From IMG/VR virus record IMGVR_UViG_3300031414_000005: a stretch of DNA of 64,000 bases, one strand, 5' to 3'. Shown in pieces: positions 10,461 to 19,092 of the stretch. Source of the DNA: a virus. Taxonomy: Duplodnaviria; Caudoviricetes. The translations under genes were made by a program, and so were the position numbers. The stretch's first letter is position 1; each line of letters begins with the position of its first letter. Under the pieces are notes generated by a model, which was not told the DNA's origin, did not search any database, and worked only from the letters and a program-made list of their open reading frames with translations.

Positions 10461-10584
10461 TTTGTTATGCACCGAAGCACATGCCAGTTATGATGCACCA
10501 CGTGACGAAGGGTTCTGTATTAGCGACACACAGTGTGTTGCACTGGACGGTCGTCCTCTTGCGGTTCAGGGAGAGTCAAAGTGA
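10420..10584 (+). CDS. Small (54 aa) putative secreted peptide, absent from the supplied ORF track
   Basis: Manual translation MKGNIIALAVSIVSLLCTEAHASYDAPRDEGFCISDTQCVALDGRPLAVQGESK; GAGG RBS; fills the gap between two genes; stop overlaps the next GTG start (GTGA). Confidence 0.6.
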   Translation: MKGNIIALAVSIVSLLCTEAHASYDAPRDEGFCISDTQCVALDGRPLAVQGESK

Positions 10585-10913
10585 TTAACATTAAAATGCA
10601 GTGCGTGCCCGACCCGCGGTTGCTGGAGATCGTCGAGCAACGCTACGGGGATGAAGAAGGCCGGTTACCTACCAAGGAAATCCGCCAGATCACCCAGGTC
10701 GACGGCACGGTGTCGCGTGAGCTGTTCCGGGTGGGTAAAAAGATCCTGGTGGTCTTTGCGCCAAGCAAACACCTGGACCTCACCAACCACGATCCGGTGG
10801 CCAAACACTACCGTGACAACCGTGAGATCATGGAAGGTTCTCAGAACATCCCGTGGCAGGCACACTACGTTGCTGGTAAGTGTCTGATGGATATTTACGA
10901 ATACAACAAATAG
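10581..10913 (+). CDS. Hypothetical protein
   Basis: In frame with track ORF 10533..10913; GTG start at 10581 after GGGAGAG. Confidence 0.6.
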   Translation: MINIKMQCVPDPRLLEIVEQRYGDEEGRLPTKEIRQITQVDGTVSRELFRVGKKILVVFAPSKHLDLTNHDPVAKHYRDNREIMEGSQNIPWQAHYVAGKCLMDIYEYNK

Positions 10914-10926
10914 TCAGGTGTCGATC

Positions 10927-11334
10927 ATGAGCATGTTAAACTTCGCTGTTGTCAAAAATGTGGAAACCGGGGATTTCACTATCCTCACCGCGCCTCGCGG
11001 TTACAACTCGCATAACCACCAGATTGGTATGTACCTTGAACTCGCCGCCAAACTCGCCATGGAAGGTTTGTACCAACCCTCTGCATTGATGTTCGGGGAT
11101 ATCACCTGCAACTTCAACATGGCGGAGCGGGAAGGTGTTATTAAAGTGGGCCACACACCCGTGGCCATGATTTACACACGCCCAACCCCGGAGAGCGTGT
11201 CGATTGGTCAGGTGGGTAACTGGCCGATGTTCCTTGCCCCGTACCCGACATTGAGTGTTCCTCTGCGCAACCTGAAGCAACTTCGGGATCTCATCAAAGA
11301 CGCCGAACAAGAGATCATTTGGCGTTTCGTCTAA
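10927..11334 (+). CDS. Hypothetical protein
   Basis: Track ORF 10918..11334; ATG at 10927 after AGGTG. Confidence 0.6.
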   Translation: MSMLNFAVVKNVETGDFTILTAPRGYNSHNHQIGMYLELAAKLAMEGLYQPSALMFGDITCNFNMAEREGVIKVGHTPVAMIYTRPTPESVSIGQVGNWPMFLAPYPTLSVPLRNLKQLRDLIKDAEQEIIWRFV

Positions 11335-11447
11335 TTATATAGACGATGATACATTGATCACGTTCTGGCTGGAGGTGTCGCTTAGCGATGCTTCCACCAA
11401 CACAGCATAATTCTAATATTAACATTCCGAAATAAAGGATACCTTGT

Positions 11448-11855
11448 ATGAAAAACGTAAACGAGCATAAAGCCCGTATCAAACAGGATCTGCTGGCAGC
11501 TATCCAGTGGATGACCACGGACCCCATGATCAACATGCGGGATCAGATGGTATTGTTTGGCGGCGAAGCATCACGTATGCAACCCACTGCGCCTGTCTCC
11601 ACGGTTCGTGGCAATATCTACATCAATGCCACCGAAGTCAAACTGTTCTTAAACGCCAACAGCCACGGCGACTGGGAACTGATGATGGATGTCATCCGGG
11701 AGTCACAAAGCGACTTGTTCGCGGCGTACAACCACAGCCCGCTGCGTGACATGACGTATATGTCCCACGGCCAAACCTGGACGGAATATCACTTTGCCTA
11801 TAAAGACAGCAATGTCGAAGACCGTAACGCCGCGCCCGTACCAACCTATTTCTAA
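11448..11855 (+). CDS. Hypothetical protein
   Basis: 135 aa; AAGGA RBS; followed by a terminator. Confidence 0.6.
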   Translation: MKNVNEHKARIKQDLLAAIQWMTTDPMINMRDQMVLFGGEASRMQPTAPVSTVRGNIYINATEVKLFLNANSHGDWELMMDVIRESQSDLFAAYNHSPLRDMTYMSHGQTWTEYHFAYKDSNVEDRNAAPVPTYF

Positions 11856-11870
11856 GTCCATGCTTAGACG

Positions 11871-11901
11871 GAGCCTGCTGCTGACGCGGTAGGCTCTTTT
11901 T
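11871..11901 (+). terminator. Intrinsic terminator
   Basis: gagcct...aggctc stem followed by TTTTT. Confidence 0.65.
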
Positions 11902-11929
11902 CAGGCAATTGTAAAAAGAGGGTAGCAAC

Positions 11930-12352
11930 GTGAAAGAGAAAGAGATGAAGGAGTGGGTGGCTGAACTCGAAGCAGGGGTGGAAGTACCCAAGCTCAGTCG
12001 TTCTGAAGTCAGTGCCTTCCATTTCAACCGTAATTCCCCGTTCGCCTGGGACATGGCGTGGTCGTATGTAGTTAACCGTGTGCGGGGCTTGAAGCCAATG
12101 CAGACGCGTAAGTACATGGATGCGCAGTTCAGTCCACGGCGCACCGGAGAAGACTTTCTGGAGTTTGGGTTGCTGTTCAACAACCCACAGATTATCCAGT
12201 CAGCAATGCATTCTGATGAGTTCCATCGTCAGTTGCAGCAGTACTTTGAACAGGTGACGATTACCGTTACCAGCTTTGAAGATAACAGCAAAACCAATGA
12301 CCCCGCCAAGCCGTACAAGTATTACATGGCGGTGTTGTTAACATTCGAATAA
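11930..12352 (+). CDS. Hypothetical protein
   Basis: 140 aa; GTG start with GAGGG RBS. Confidence 0.6.
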   Translation: MKEKEMKEWVAELEAGVEVPKLSRSEVSAFHFNRNSPFAWDMAWSYVVNRVRGLKPMQTRKYMDAQFSPRRTGEDFLEFGLLFNNPQIIQSAMHSDEFHRQLQQYFEQVTITVTSFEDNSKTNDPAKPYKYYMAVLLTFE

Positions 12353-12372
12353 TTCTAATAAGAGAGGTAGTA

Positions 12373-12762
12373 ATGAGTAAAGTAATTAATAAAGCATTGT
12401 TGGATGCATACCACGCTAAGTGCAAAGAAGAAGGTTCTTTTAAATGGCAACAGGTCTGGGACCATCTCCATGATTACCTGACCATGAAAGACTCAAACTT
12501 AATTAAAGGTTTGGGTAATGGTCAAGTTCAGGTGGTGATCAATAACGTAGCAACCAGTTATGTGACGTTAGAAGTTCGCCACAACGATCCCGAGTTCCCG
12601 GACTATACCACCGATGGCTTTGAAAATGCTCGGGTAGTGAAGTGTTATACAAGCAAGTCTGATAATCCTGAGTCAACGTACAAGTATGCCATTCATTTTA
12701 ATGTCATGCTGTTTGCCGAAGGCGAAGACCCGTACGAACGTGATGAACACGCAGTCGATTAA
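12373..12762 (+). CDS. Hypothetical protein
   Basis: 129 aa; GAGG RBS. Confidence 0.6.
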   Translation: MSKVINKALLDAYHAKCKEEGSFKWQQVWDHLHDYLTMKDSNLIKGLGNGQVQVVINNVATSYVTLEVRHNDPEFPDYTTDGFENARVVKCYTSKSDNPESTYKYAIHFNVMLFAEGEDPYERDEHAVD

Positions 12763-12790
12763 CTTCCAGTGATAGAAACCCCTTAATACA

Positions 12791-12815
12791 CCAGAGTCTC
12801 CGGACTCTGGTTTTT
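12791..12815 (+). terminator. Intrinsic terminator
   Basis: ccagagtc tccg gactctgg TTTTT. Confidence 0.75.
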
Positions 12816-12845
12816 AACTGAATTTGAAAAGTAGGAACACAGAAC

Positions 12846-13205
12846 ATGAAAGTGTACAACAGAAAAGAATTCCTGAAACTCCCGGTCGGTACGTTCTTTG
12901 CTCGTCACGATGAAGAGAGTGTCGGTGTCATCACCAACCTGGAGCGTAAAGGAGAAACTACCCCCAACGGCAATGACTTCTACTACGGTGAAGTATTGGA
13001 TCTGGATTCGGACGACGACCACTATCATGGCTACCGTTTAGAGCAGGCCGCTTTGCAAGCGCGGCAAGAAGGGATCTCTGCGGAGGTACCGTTAGACATT
13101 GGTTGTGGTGGTCGTGACGGTGTGTTTGATGAAGATGAGTTGTATCTGGTCTTGAACAAAGATGAGATCCAGGAAATCATCGACATGCTGCAAACCGGTT
13201 TATAA
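12846..13205 (+). CDS. Hypothetical acidic phage protein
   Basis: 119 aa; AGGA RBS. Confidence 0.6.
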   Translation: MKVYNRKEFLKLPVGTFFARHDEESVGVITNLERKGETTPNGNDFYYGEVLDLDSDDDHYHGYRLEQAALQARQEGISAEVPLDIGCGGRDGVFDEDELYLVLNKDEIQEIIDMLQTGL

Positions 13206-13213
13206 GTTGCCTG

Positions 13214-13261
13214 AAAGAGGAGAGCCATTAGGCTCTCCTCTGATCAGTGTTATTTTTTTTT
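13214..13261. terminator. Bidirectional terminator at a convergent junction
   Basis: gaggagagcc atta ggctctcctc (13217-13240), A-run on the left, T-run at 13253-13261. Confidence 0.75.
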
Positions 13262-13269
13262 GTTTCCGA

Positions 13270-14817
13270 TTAGATATCTTCGTCGAAACCGTTCCAGTCT
13301 GCTGCGCCACCTTCACCCATCGGTTTGTGCTTGTAGCTACGACGGGACATATCCTGACCGTGGATGTCATCAAGGATACCAATCCCACGTTCAAACTTGT
13401 ACACACAGAACTTGTCTTTCTGTGGCGTCACAGAAATGGTACGGTGTTTACCACCCTGGATGCACAGGTAAGATTCATCACCGACACGGAGTACTTGGAT
13501 GAGGATTTCAACGTCAACCTCATGGTCGACCTTAGAAGACGCATCCCAATAGCCTTTACCCACGCACTCTTTGAGCAGGTCCTCCTCTTGCCCTTGACGC
13601 AACATCTGCTTAGCTTGCGGCGACAGCTGATGCGGGGTCATGAACGTGATGCCACGCGCAGAACAGAAGTTACGACTACGGCGGAACAGGTCAACGGTTT
13701 CCTGACCCATTACCCCACGCTCACAACCTTCTTTGGTGAACATGTTGAGGTAGTCAATACAGAGCATGTGGATTTCATAACCCAATGACTCATAATACTT
13801 GATACGCTCAAACAGGTTACGGTAACCAAAGATCGACGGGTTAACACGGCAGAAGTTGAACTCGTAACCCATCTTCGAGAACTCTTCACGGACCACACGT
13901 GCTGCTTCTTCTTCATCTACCTCGGCATGGTTGAAATCCTGACCGGTGGCATTGGCCATGATCTGTTTCCACCACAGCACAATGTTATCGGTGGGGTTGT
14001 TCTCAGCTGAGATGTGCATGATCATCGGCTTCTTAGTCGGATCACGCATGTACGGCACGTTCAGGGTACAGATCTGCCGTGTCAGGTTCATGGTGAACCC
14101 GGATTTGTTGTGGTGTTGTAATGCCCCTACCACAATACATTCACCCCGACGGAAACCCCCGACTTCACCTAACAGCCGGTTAACACCTTGCCAACCTGTT
14201 TTGAGGACACCTTTGTCTGACGATTCTTCTTTGGCTTGTTTGAAAAGATCCTGTACTTTATCTGTTTGTGAAACGGACATCTCGGCGACGACCGCCGGGT
14301 CACTGTAATCTTTGACGTTACCGGTGTTGAGTGATTCTATTTCGGTGAGCAGGGAGGCAATCGCACTGTCCATGTCCACGTCTTCGGACTGATAGATAAT
14401 CGGTGCCGATAAACGCTTGATGGCTTCACGCAGCTTACGGTGACCATCCCACTTGCGCAGCTCACGCATTAAGCCTAAGGTCTGACGTTTGGTTTGCACG
14501 GCATCGGAGTTGATCACGGTGCCCAGTTCTAAGGAGTCGTACAGTTTACCGTTCTCGCCACAATCGGTGGCCAGACGTTGTAACAAGTTGGTGCGTTCGA
14601 TCGGTTCATCAACTTTGGCTTCACACATCCAGCGAATGGTACGTCGCAATGCTATGTGAACAGAATTCATATTCTCGTTGCCTATCGAATCGTTAGGCAG
14701 TGGCAATGTCTCGATTAAATCCAGTACATAATCTCGGTTACCGTTGTTCCCTTCTCCGATCTGGGATTCTTGGTATAACAGCGTGATAATCTTAATGAGG
14801 ACTAATGTACTATCCAT
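13270..14817 (-). CDS. dnaB: DnaB-like replicative helicase (phiKZ gp118-like)
   Basis: 515 aa; LKTGWQGVNRLLG, GGFRRGECIVVGALQHHNKS (variant Walker A), MLCIDYL (Walker B), TPHQLS; divergent from the capsid block as in phiKZ-like phages. Confidence 0.85.
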   Translation of the reverse strand: MDSTLVLIKIITLLYQESQIGEGNNGNRDYVLDLIETLPLPNDSIGNENMNSVHIALRRTIRWMCEAKVDEPIERTNLLQRLATDCGENGKLYDSLELGTVINSDAVQTKRQTLGLMRELRKWDGHRKLREAIKRLSAPIIYQSEDVDMDSAIASLLTEIESLNTGNVKDYSDPAVVAEMSVSQTDKVQDLFKQAKEESSDKGVLKTGWQGVNRLLGEVGGFRRGECIVVGALQHHNKSGFTMNLTRQICTLNVPYMRDPTKKPMIMHISAENNPTDNIVLWWKQIMANATGQDFNHAEVDEEEAARVVREEFSKMGYEFNFCRVNPSIFGYRNLFERIKYYESLGYEIHMLCIDYLNMFTKEGCERGVMGQETVDLFRRSRNFCSARGITFMTPHQLSPQAKQMLRQGQEEDLLKECVGKGYWDASSKVDHEVDVEILIQVLRVGDESYLCIQGGKHRTISVTPQKDKFCVYKFERGIGILDDIHGQDMSRRSYKHKPMGEGGAADWNGFDEDI

Positions 14818-14844
14818 TTCTACTCCCGGCGAGGATCTATTTTT

Positions 14845-15426
14845 ATGAAGTTAAAACTGGCAGTCGTACCGTACAAGCTGTCACTGTGGTTAAAATCAGT
14901 GAATAACTTGTCGGTGTTGGAAGACCCGTATGAGTTGTTGACTGTATTATCACTGAACGATGTTTTTTCTTATTACCTTGCTAATATGCCGGGGTCCACA
15001 ATCCCTGATGGTAATAATGTGACAGGAGCACTTTCGCATGTACTGCAAGTGTCTGGCACAGACGTCGTGTTCCCCGCCGTGGTAAACAGCTTTGCCACCC
15101 CGAACTGGGCCAAATTCCTGGAAGAGCACAAACAGTCGATTGCGGACTTCCGCACCGCCTATGGCCGTGACTATAATCAGCTGGTGCTGGGCGAAAGCGT
15201 TGTATCTGCATTCTATAGTTACAATGTGAAAAACGTCTCCGACGGTTTCATTGTAATCTTCATTGATGAAGCTGTGAAACCGCAACCTGAAAACTTTCTT
15301 TACCAATTATCTGACGAAGTACTTGCGGGGATGTATCGTGCCATCCCGTACCCTTTCTCAGATTCCAGCGACCGTAATGCCGTGAGTGATATGCTAGAGA
15401 CGTGGCTGCGTACAGCTCAGCAATAG
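14845..15426 (+). CDS. Hypothetical protein between helicase and major capsid gene
   Basis: 193 aa; GAGGA RBS; position matches the phiKZ-like layout. Confidence 0.6.
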   Translation: MKLKLAVVPYKLSLWLKSVNNLSVLEDPYELLTVLSLNDVFSYYLANMPGSTIPDGNNVTGALSHVLQVSGTDVVFPAVVNSFATPNWAKFLEEHKQSIADFRTAYGRDYNQLVLGESVVSAFYSYNVKNVSDGFIVIFIDEAVKPQPENFLYQLSDEVLAGMYRAIPYPFSDSSDRNAVSDMLETWLRTAQQ

Positions 15427-15499
15427 TATGTAACTTTAAACGTACGTTACGAAACTTGTATATATACAGTTTTAAACTTTATTCATAAGGGATACACCC

Positions 15500-17764
15500 A
15501 TGCCATTAATCAACTCCGGTTCCAAAGCTTGGGACAGCATGCTCGGTAAAGTTCAGGCCGAGATTTCTAACAAACGTTTCGGTGCTCTCCCGGATGCGGT
15601 CAAGCATTTCGGCCTGGAGTCGCTGGATGATCAACAGACTCAAGCGTTGAGTGGCGTACGTGATAACGCTGGTAAAATGCTGGTTGCTTTCGGTAAATCA
15701 ACTGGTGTGATCGCGAAAGACGACGTAAGCTTCGACGAAAACCACCCAGGTGTTCGCGCTGCTGCAACTATTGCTGCGGCTTGCGAAGATATCGGCGGTT
15801 ATGCCAAAGCGCTGATGAAACACTCAGAAGCCGCTTCTGGTACGAAAGACGCAGTGACCCTGGTTGGTCGTCTGTCTGGTCGTCCGGTAACTGGCGTGCA
15901 GTATGCCGCAGGTCTGGAAGCGTTTGATGAAGCTCAGCAGCTGCGACCAAACACCGAGTACTCCATTGCGTACAACCTGCGTGCAACTAAACAGGATGCG
16001 GCTGCGGAACTGCTGTTCCCAACTACCACCCTGGAAGCATCTGACGTTGGCGTGAAGTTCAACATTCCGATCCCTGTGCTGGAAGATTACATCGAGCACA
16101 CTGGCGGTACCCCAGTGAACTGGAAACGTCGTCGCCTGATCGACGCTGGTCGTAACGGCAAGCTGCTGATCACTGACGCTACCACACTGGTACCGTGGAA
16201 AAAACCTGATGGCTCTACCGACGATTACTTCGTTGATACCGCCCTGGTTCCAGCTGTTAACCGTCCAATCCGTGACGAGTCTATCCCGACTGCACCTCTG
16301 CGTGCTGGCGAGTGGATCGACATCATCGGCCTGAGCGCAACTCCGGGTCTGGTTGGTAAAGGTATCGTTGACGGCACTTACGTCATCGACGCTGACATCA
16401 AAGTCGTGAACGCGTACTTCAAAGTTACCAAAGGTAACGAGAGCGACGTCATCAAGTTCAAAACTTCTGCCATCCAGCTGAACGCATTCCAGCAGGCGGT
16501 TGAAGGCGATCATCGTCGTATGACGCTGAACATGACCATCGGCGCACTGCCAATGGATCAGGCTAAGCAGCCAGACGGTACTAACGTCACTGTGCTGAAC
16601 GACCTGACTGCCAACGGCAACATCCCTTACCTGCGTTTCAGCCTGAACGGCGAAGTGAACGTAGAAGGCGCGATGTACGGTCTGACTGTTAACGGTTCTT
16701 CTGCGAAAGTGGCGCGTGTGCGTGACTCGAACGGTAACGACCTTGACACCACTACCGGTTCTGTGAACGATGCGATCAAAGCGCTGAAGTTCGAATTCAT
16801 CGGTTACGATCTGGACCTGCGTGTGCGTAACAGCAACCTGGCCCAACGTGGTAAGCGCGTAGACATCAAAAACGTGTCTCGTATGTACCTGACCCGTATC
16901 GGTGAGCCGATCTCTGCGATCAAACCTGGTGTTGACAGCTTCGGTCCGGTTTCCGGCATCGCGGTTGAAACCCTGGCGAACGCAACCTACCTGCGTAACT
17001 CTGCGCTGGCCCTGTATCGTGCTCTGGATTACTTCGAGCAGATCAAGTCCTTCCAGAACTACGCTGCTCGTGATTTCGAAGATAACGCACTGGAAGGTGT
17101 GGGTACTTACTTCGTCGATCCAACTGCGATCGAGATCGAAGTGAACTTCGCCGACATCACCAGCTCTGTCAGCTCGTCTGACCGTGGCGCGGACATCACC
17201 GCATCTATCACCAACACCATTCGCGAACTGGCTTACAAGCTGAACGCACTGTCTGGTTACGGTGTTGCGATGAACTTCCTGCACCCGGGCGAGAAGATCA
17301 AAGTGTGTGCTGTTGCCGATAACTATATCGCACAGTTCATCCAGGTCTTCGGCGATCTGCGCACCATGGGCATGACCTTCGATTTCGAACTGGCCGTGTC
17401 TAACCTGAACGAAATGCGTGGTACCATTCTGGTGACCCTGAGCCGTGGCTCGTCTAACCAGGTTGACCCACTGACCTTCGGCATGCACGCTTGGATTCCG
17501 GAAGTTGTTTCCGAAGCCAAGATGAACCGTGGTGGTCCATACGTTCATGACCTGATCGTACAGCCGCGTAACATCCACATTCCAATCTGCCCAGTTATGG
17601 GTAAGATCAAATTCGTGGGTATGCCGGATCTGTACACCGGTCGCATCAACCTCAATGTCAACGTTGAAGAGCGTGACACTGCTGTTGGTACCAACACCGT
17701 TGTCCAGAAGCAGAACCTTGATGGTCTGAACGCTTCTGACGCAGCTGTGTCTGATCAGGCGTAA
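15500..17764 (+). CDS. Major capsid protein (phiKZ gp120-like)
   Basis: 754 aa; strong codon bias; AGLE/AF maturation motif at residue 140; size and position (helicase, small ORF, capsid, ORF, RNAP subunit) match phiKZ-like phages; strong terminator follows. Confidence 0.85.
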   Translation: MPLINSGSKAWDSMLGKVQAEISNKRFGALPDAVKHFGLESLDDQQTQALSGVRDNAGKMLVAFGKSTGVIAKDDVSFDENHPGVRAAATIAAACEDIGGYAKALMKHSEAASGTKDAVTLVGRLSGRPVTGVQYAAGLEAFDEAQQLRPNTEYSIAYNLRATKQDAAAELLFPTTTLEASDVGVKFNIPIPVLEDYIEHTGGTPVNWKRRRLIDAGRNGKLLITDATTLVPWKKPDGSTDDYFVDTALVPAVNRPIRDESIPTAPLRAGEWIDIIGLSATPGLVGKGIVDGTYVIDADIKVVNAYFKVTKGNESDVIKFKTSAIQLNAFQQAVEGDHRRMTLNMTIGALPMDQAKQPDGTNVTVLNDLTANGNIPYLRFSLNGEVNVEGAMYGLTVNGSSAKVARVRDSNGNDLDTTTGSVNDAIKALKFEFIGYDLDLRVRNSNLAQRGKRVDIKNVSRMYLTRIGEPISAIKPGVDSFGPVSGIAVETLANATYLRNSALALYRALDYFEQIKSFQNYAARDFEDNALEGVGTYFVDPTAIEIEVNFADITSSVSSSDRGADITASITNTIRELAYKLNALSGYGVAMNFLHPGEKIKVCAVADNYIAQFIQVFGDLRTMGMTFDFELAVSNLNEMRGTILVTLSRGSSNQVDPLTFGMHAWIPEVVSEAKMNRGGPYVHDLIVQPRNIHIPICPVMGKIKFVGMPDLYTGRINLNVNVEERDTAVGTNTVVQKQNLDGLNASDAAVSDQA

Positions 17765-17802
17765 GCCCGATTGTCATTGAACTGATACCAATGACTGATT
17801 AT

Positions 17803-17828
17803 GAGAGAGCCTTCGGGCTCTCTCTTTT
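17803..17828 (+). terminator. Terminator of the major capsid gene
   Basis: gagagagcc TTCG ggctctctc TTTT. Confidence 0.85.
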
Positions 17829-17860
17829 CAGGCAATTTGTTTTGGCCTCTTAAATATTCA

Positions 17861-17881
17861 CAGACCTATATTACCTACGTG
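17861..17881 (+). promoter_or_regulatory. Early promoter, TATATTAC core
   Basis: cagaccTATATTACctacGTG, core at 17867-17874; upstream of the operon containing the nvRNAP subunit. Confidence 0.75.
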
Positions 17882-17922
17882 TTATGTAATGACGATGTCT
17901 TTAGTTAAGAGAGTGGCCACTC

Positions 17923-19086
17923 ATGAATTTAAATAACAATGTGCGTCGTCGGTCAATCAGTGTCGGAGAAGCCAGTCTGGGATTCAGTTACCGTATCGAT
18001 TCCAAGATGAATACCCCTGTGGTGGTGAAAACCCGTGCAGGCGTAAACTACCGACTGCCCACGCCGGTGAATCACACCTCGCGCAAGGAATACGTGCGGG
18101 TGGTGTATGAAGTGGTGATGAGTAATGACGTGTTGTTCTACCTGACTTCGGAACTCGGTTCCTCAGAAGTCAACAAGAACCTGATTCGGTTGATCCTGGA
18201 TGCCTGTGACGGTGTAAAGCCAGGCGGTTGGTTGGGAACCGGTAAAGAGATCCACGTCGAACTGAAAATAGACCGGGAGATGTTGAACAATGCAGGTGGG
18301 AGTTTGTACATTGATTTTCTGGACATGGAGATCTGTATTGACCCCAGTAAGTTTGACAGTCCACACCGTGAGTCTATCGGTGCTATAAAGGAAAGAGTGT
18401 TAGCGGAGATTATCGAGGAGCAGGCGCAGTTAAGTGTATGTAAAGGTGTGGTTTTGGTGGATTCCCAGCGACGGCTGGACCGAAGATTCATCTCGCTGAA
18501 TAACGAGGTGGTTGAGCTAACCCCGGCCGGTGTTAGCACGGCGTATCCAACTGATGGCTGTTATTTCATTAACATAAAGCCAGGCGTAACTAAAACTGAA
18601 CAAATCACGTTCATTAATATGGATGAACTGTTGGCGGACGACACTGGCGATGTTCATGGTTTGTATCGTAGTCGCGAGGCTGCGATCGCCAAGGGCAATA
18701 CCCGTGAATTACGTGACCAGCGCAAGAAGATCGGCGTACTGGAAACCCAGAACGCTGAACTTACTCAAACCATCAATGATGAAAGGAGGACACATGCCAG
18801 AAAAGTCGATGACCTTACTGATCGCCATCGGAAAGACATCAACCAACGGGATGACAAAATCAGTGAGTTGACCCTGAAGCTGTCCGGTGAGCAAGTCGCA
18901 CGTAAAACCCAAAAGGATGTGGAGCTACTCAAACAAGAGAGCGAGCGCCACAAAGACCTGCTCAACGAATTGTCCTCCGTGCGTGCAAACTGTGATAAGG
19001 AACACGGGAAAGTGATGCGCTCTCTTTTGGGTGGCCCTGGCGGGTTCCTGAAACAGTGTGTTGGGTTATTACATACCTTATTGTGA
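17923..19086 (+). CDS. Hypothetical protein with C-terminal coiled coil
   Basis: 387 aa; charged heptad-like C-terminal third; downstream of an early promoter. Confidence 0.6.
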   Translation: MNLNNNVRRRSISVGEASLGFSYRIDSKMNTPVVVKTRAGVNYRLPTPVNHTSRKEYVRVVYEVVMSNDVLFYLTSELGSSEVNKNLIRLILDACDGVKPGGWLGTGKEIHVELKIDREMLNNAGGSLYIDFLDMEICIDPSKFDSPHRESIGAIKERVLAEIIEEQAQLSVCKGVVLVDSQRRLDRRFISLNNEVVELTPAGVSTAYPTDGCYFINIKPGVTKTEQITFINMDELLADDTGDVHGLYRSREAAIAKGNTRELRDQRKKIGVLETQNAELTQTINDERRTHARKVDDLTDRHRKDINQRDDKISELTLKLSGEQVARKTQKDVELLKQESERHKDLLNELSSVRANCDKEHGKVMRSLLGGPGGFLKQCVGLLHTLL

Positions 19087-19092
19087 GTAACA

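Noticed and set aside
11378-11425. 15-codon ORF (MLPPTQH...) after GGAGG in an intergenic gap
   Set aside because: RBS spacing is long and the peptide is featureless; cannot be supported
14130-14170. Non-canonical Walker A (GALQHHNKS) in the helicase, possibly an inactive enzyme
   Set aside because: As I recall, similar ALQHxxKS/T variants are normal in phiKZ-like DnaB proteins; the other motifs are intact
15824-17578. 584-aa antisense ORF inside the major capsid gene
   Set aside because: Mirror of a strongly codon-biased gene, which lacks antisense stops; no RBS or protein-like motifs
17773-17795. Extra small hairpin (gtcattg...caatgac) between the capsid stop and its terminator
   Set aside because: Short AT-rich stem that could arise by chance; no supporting pattern elsewhere
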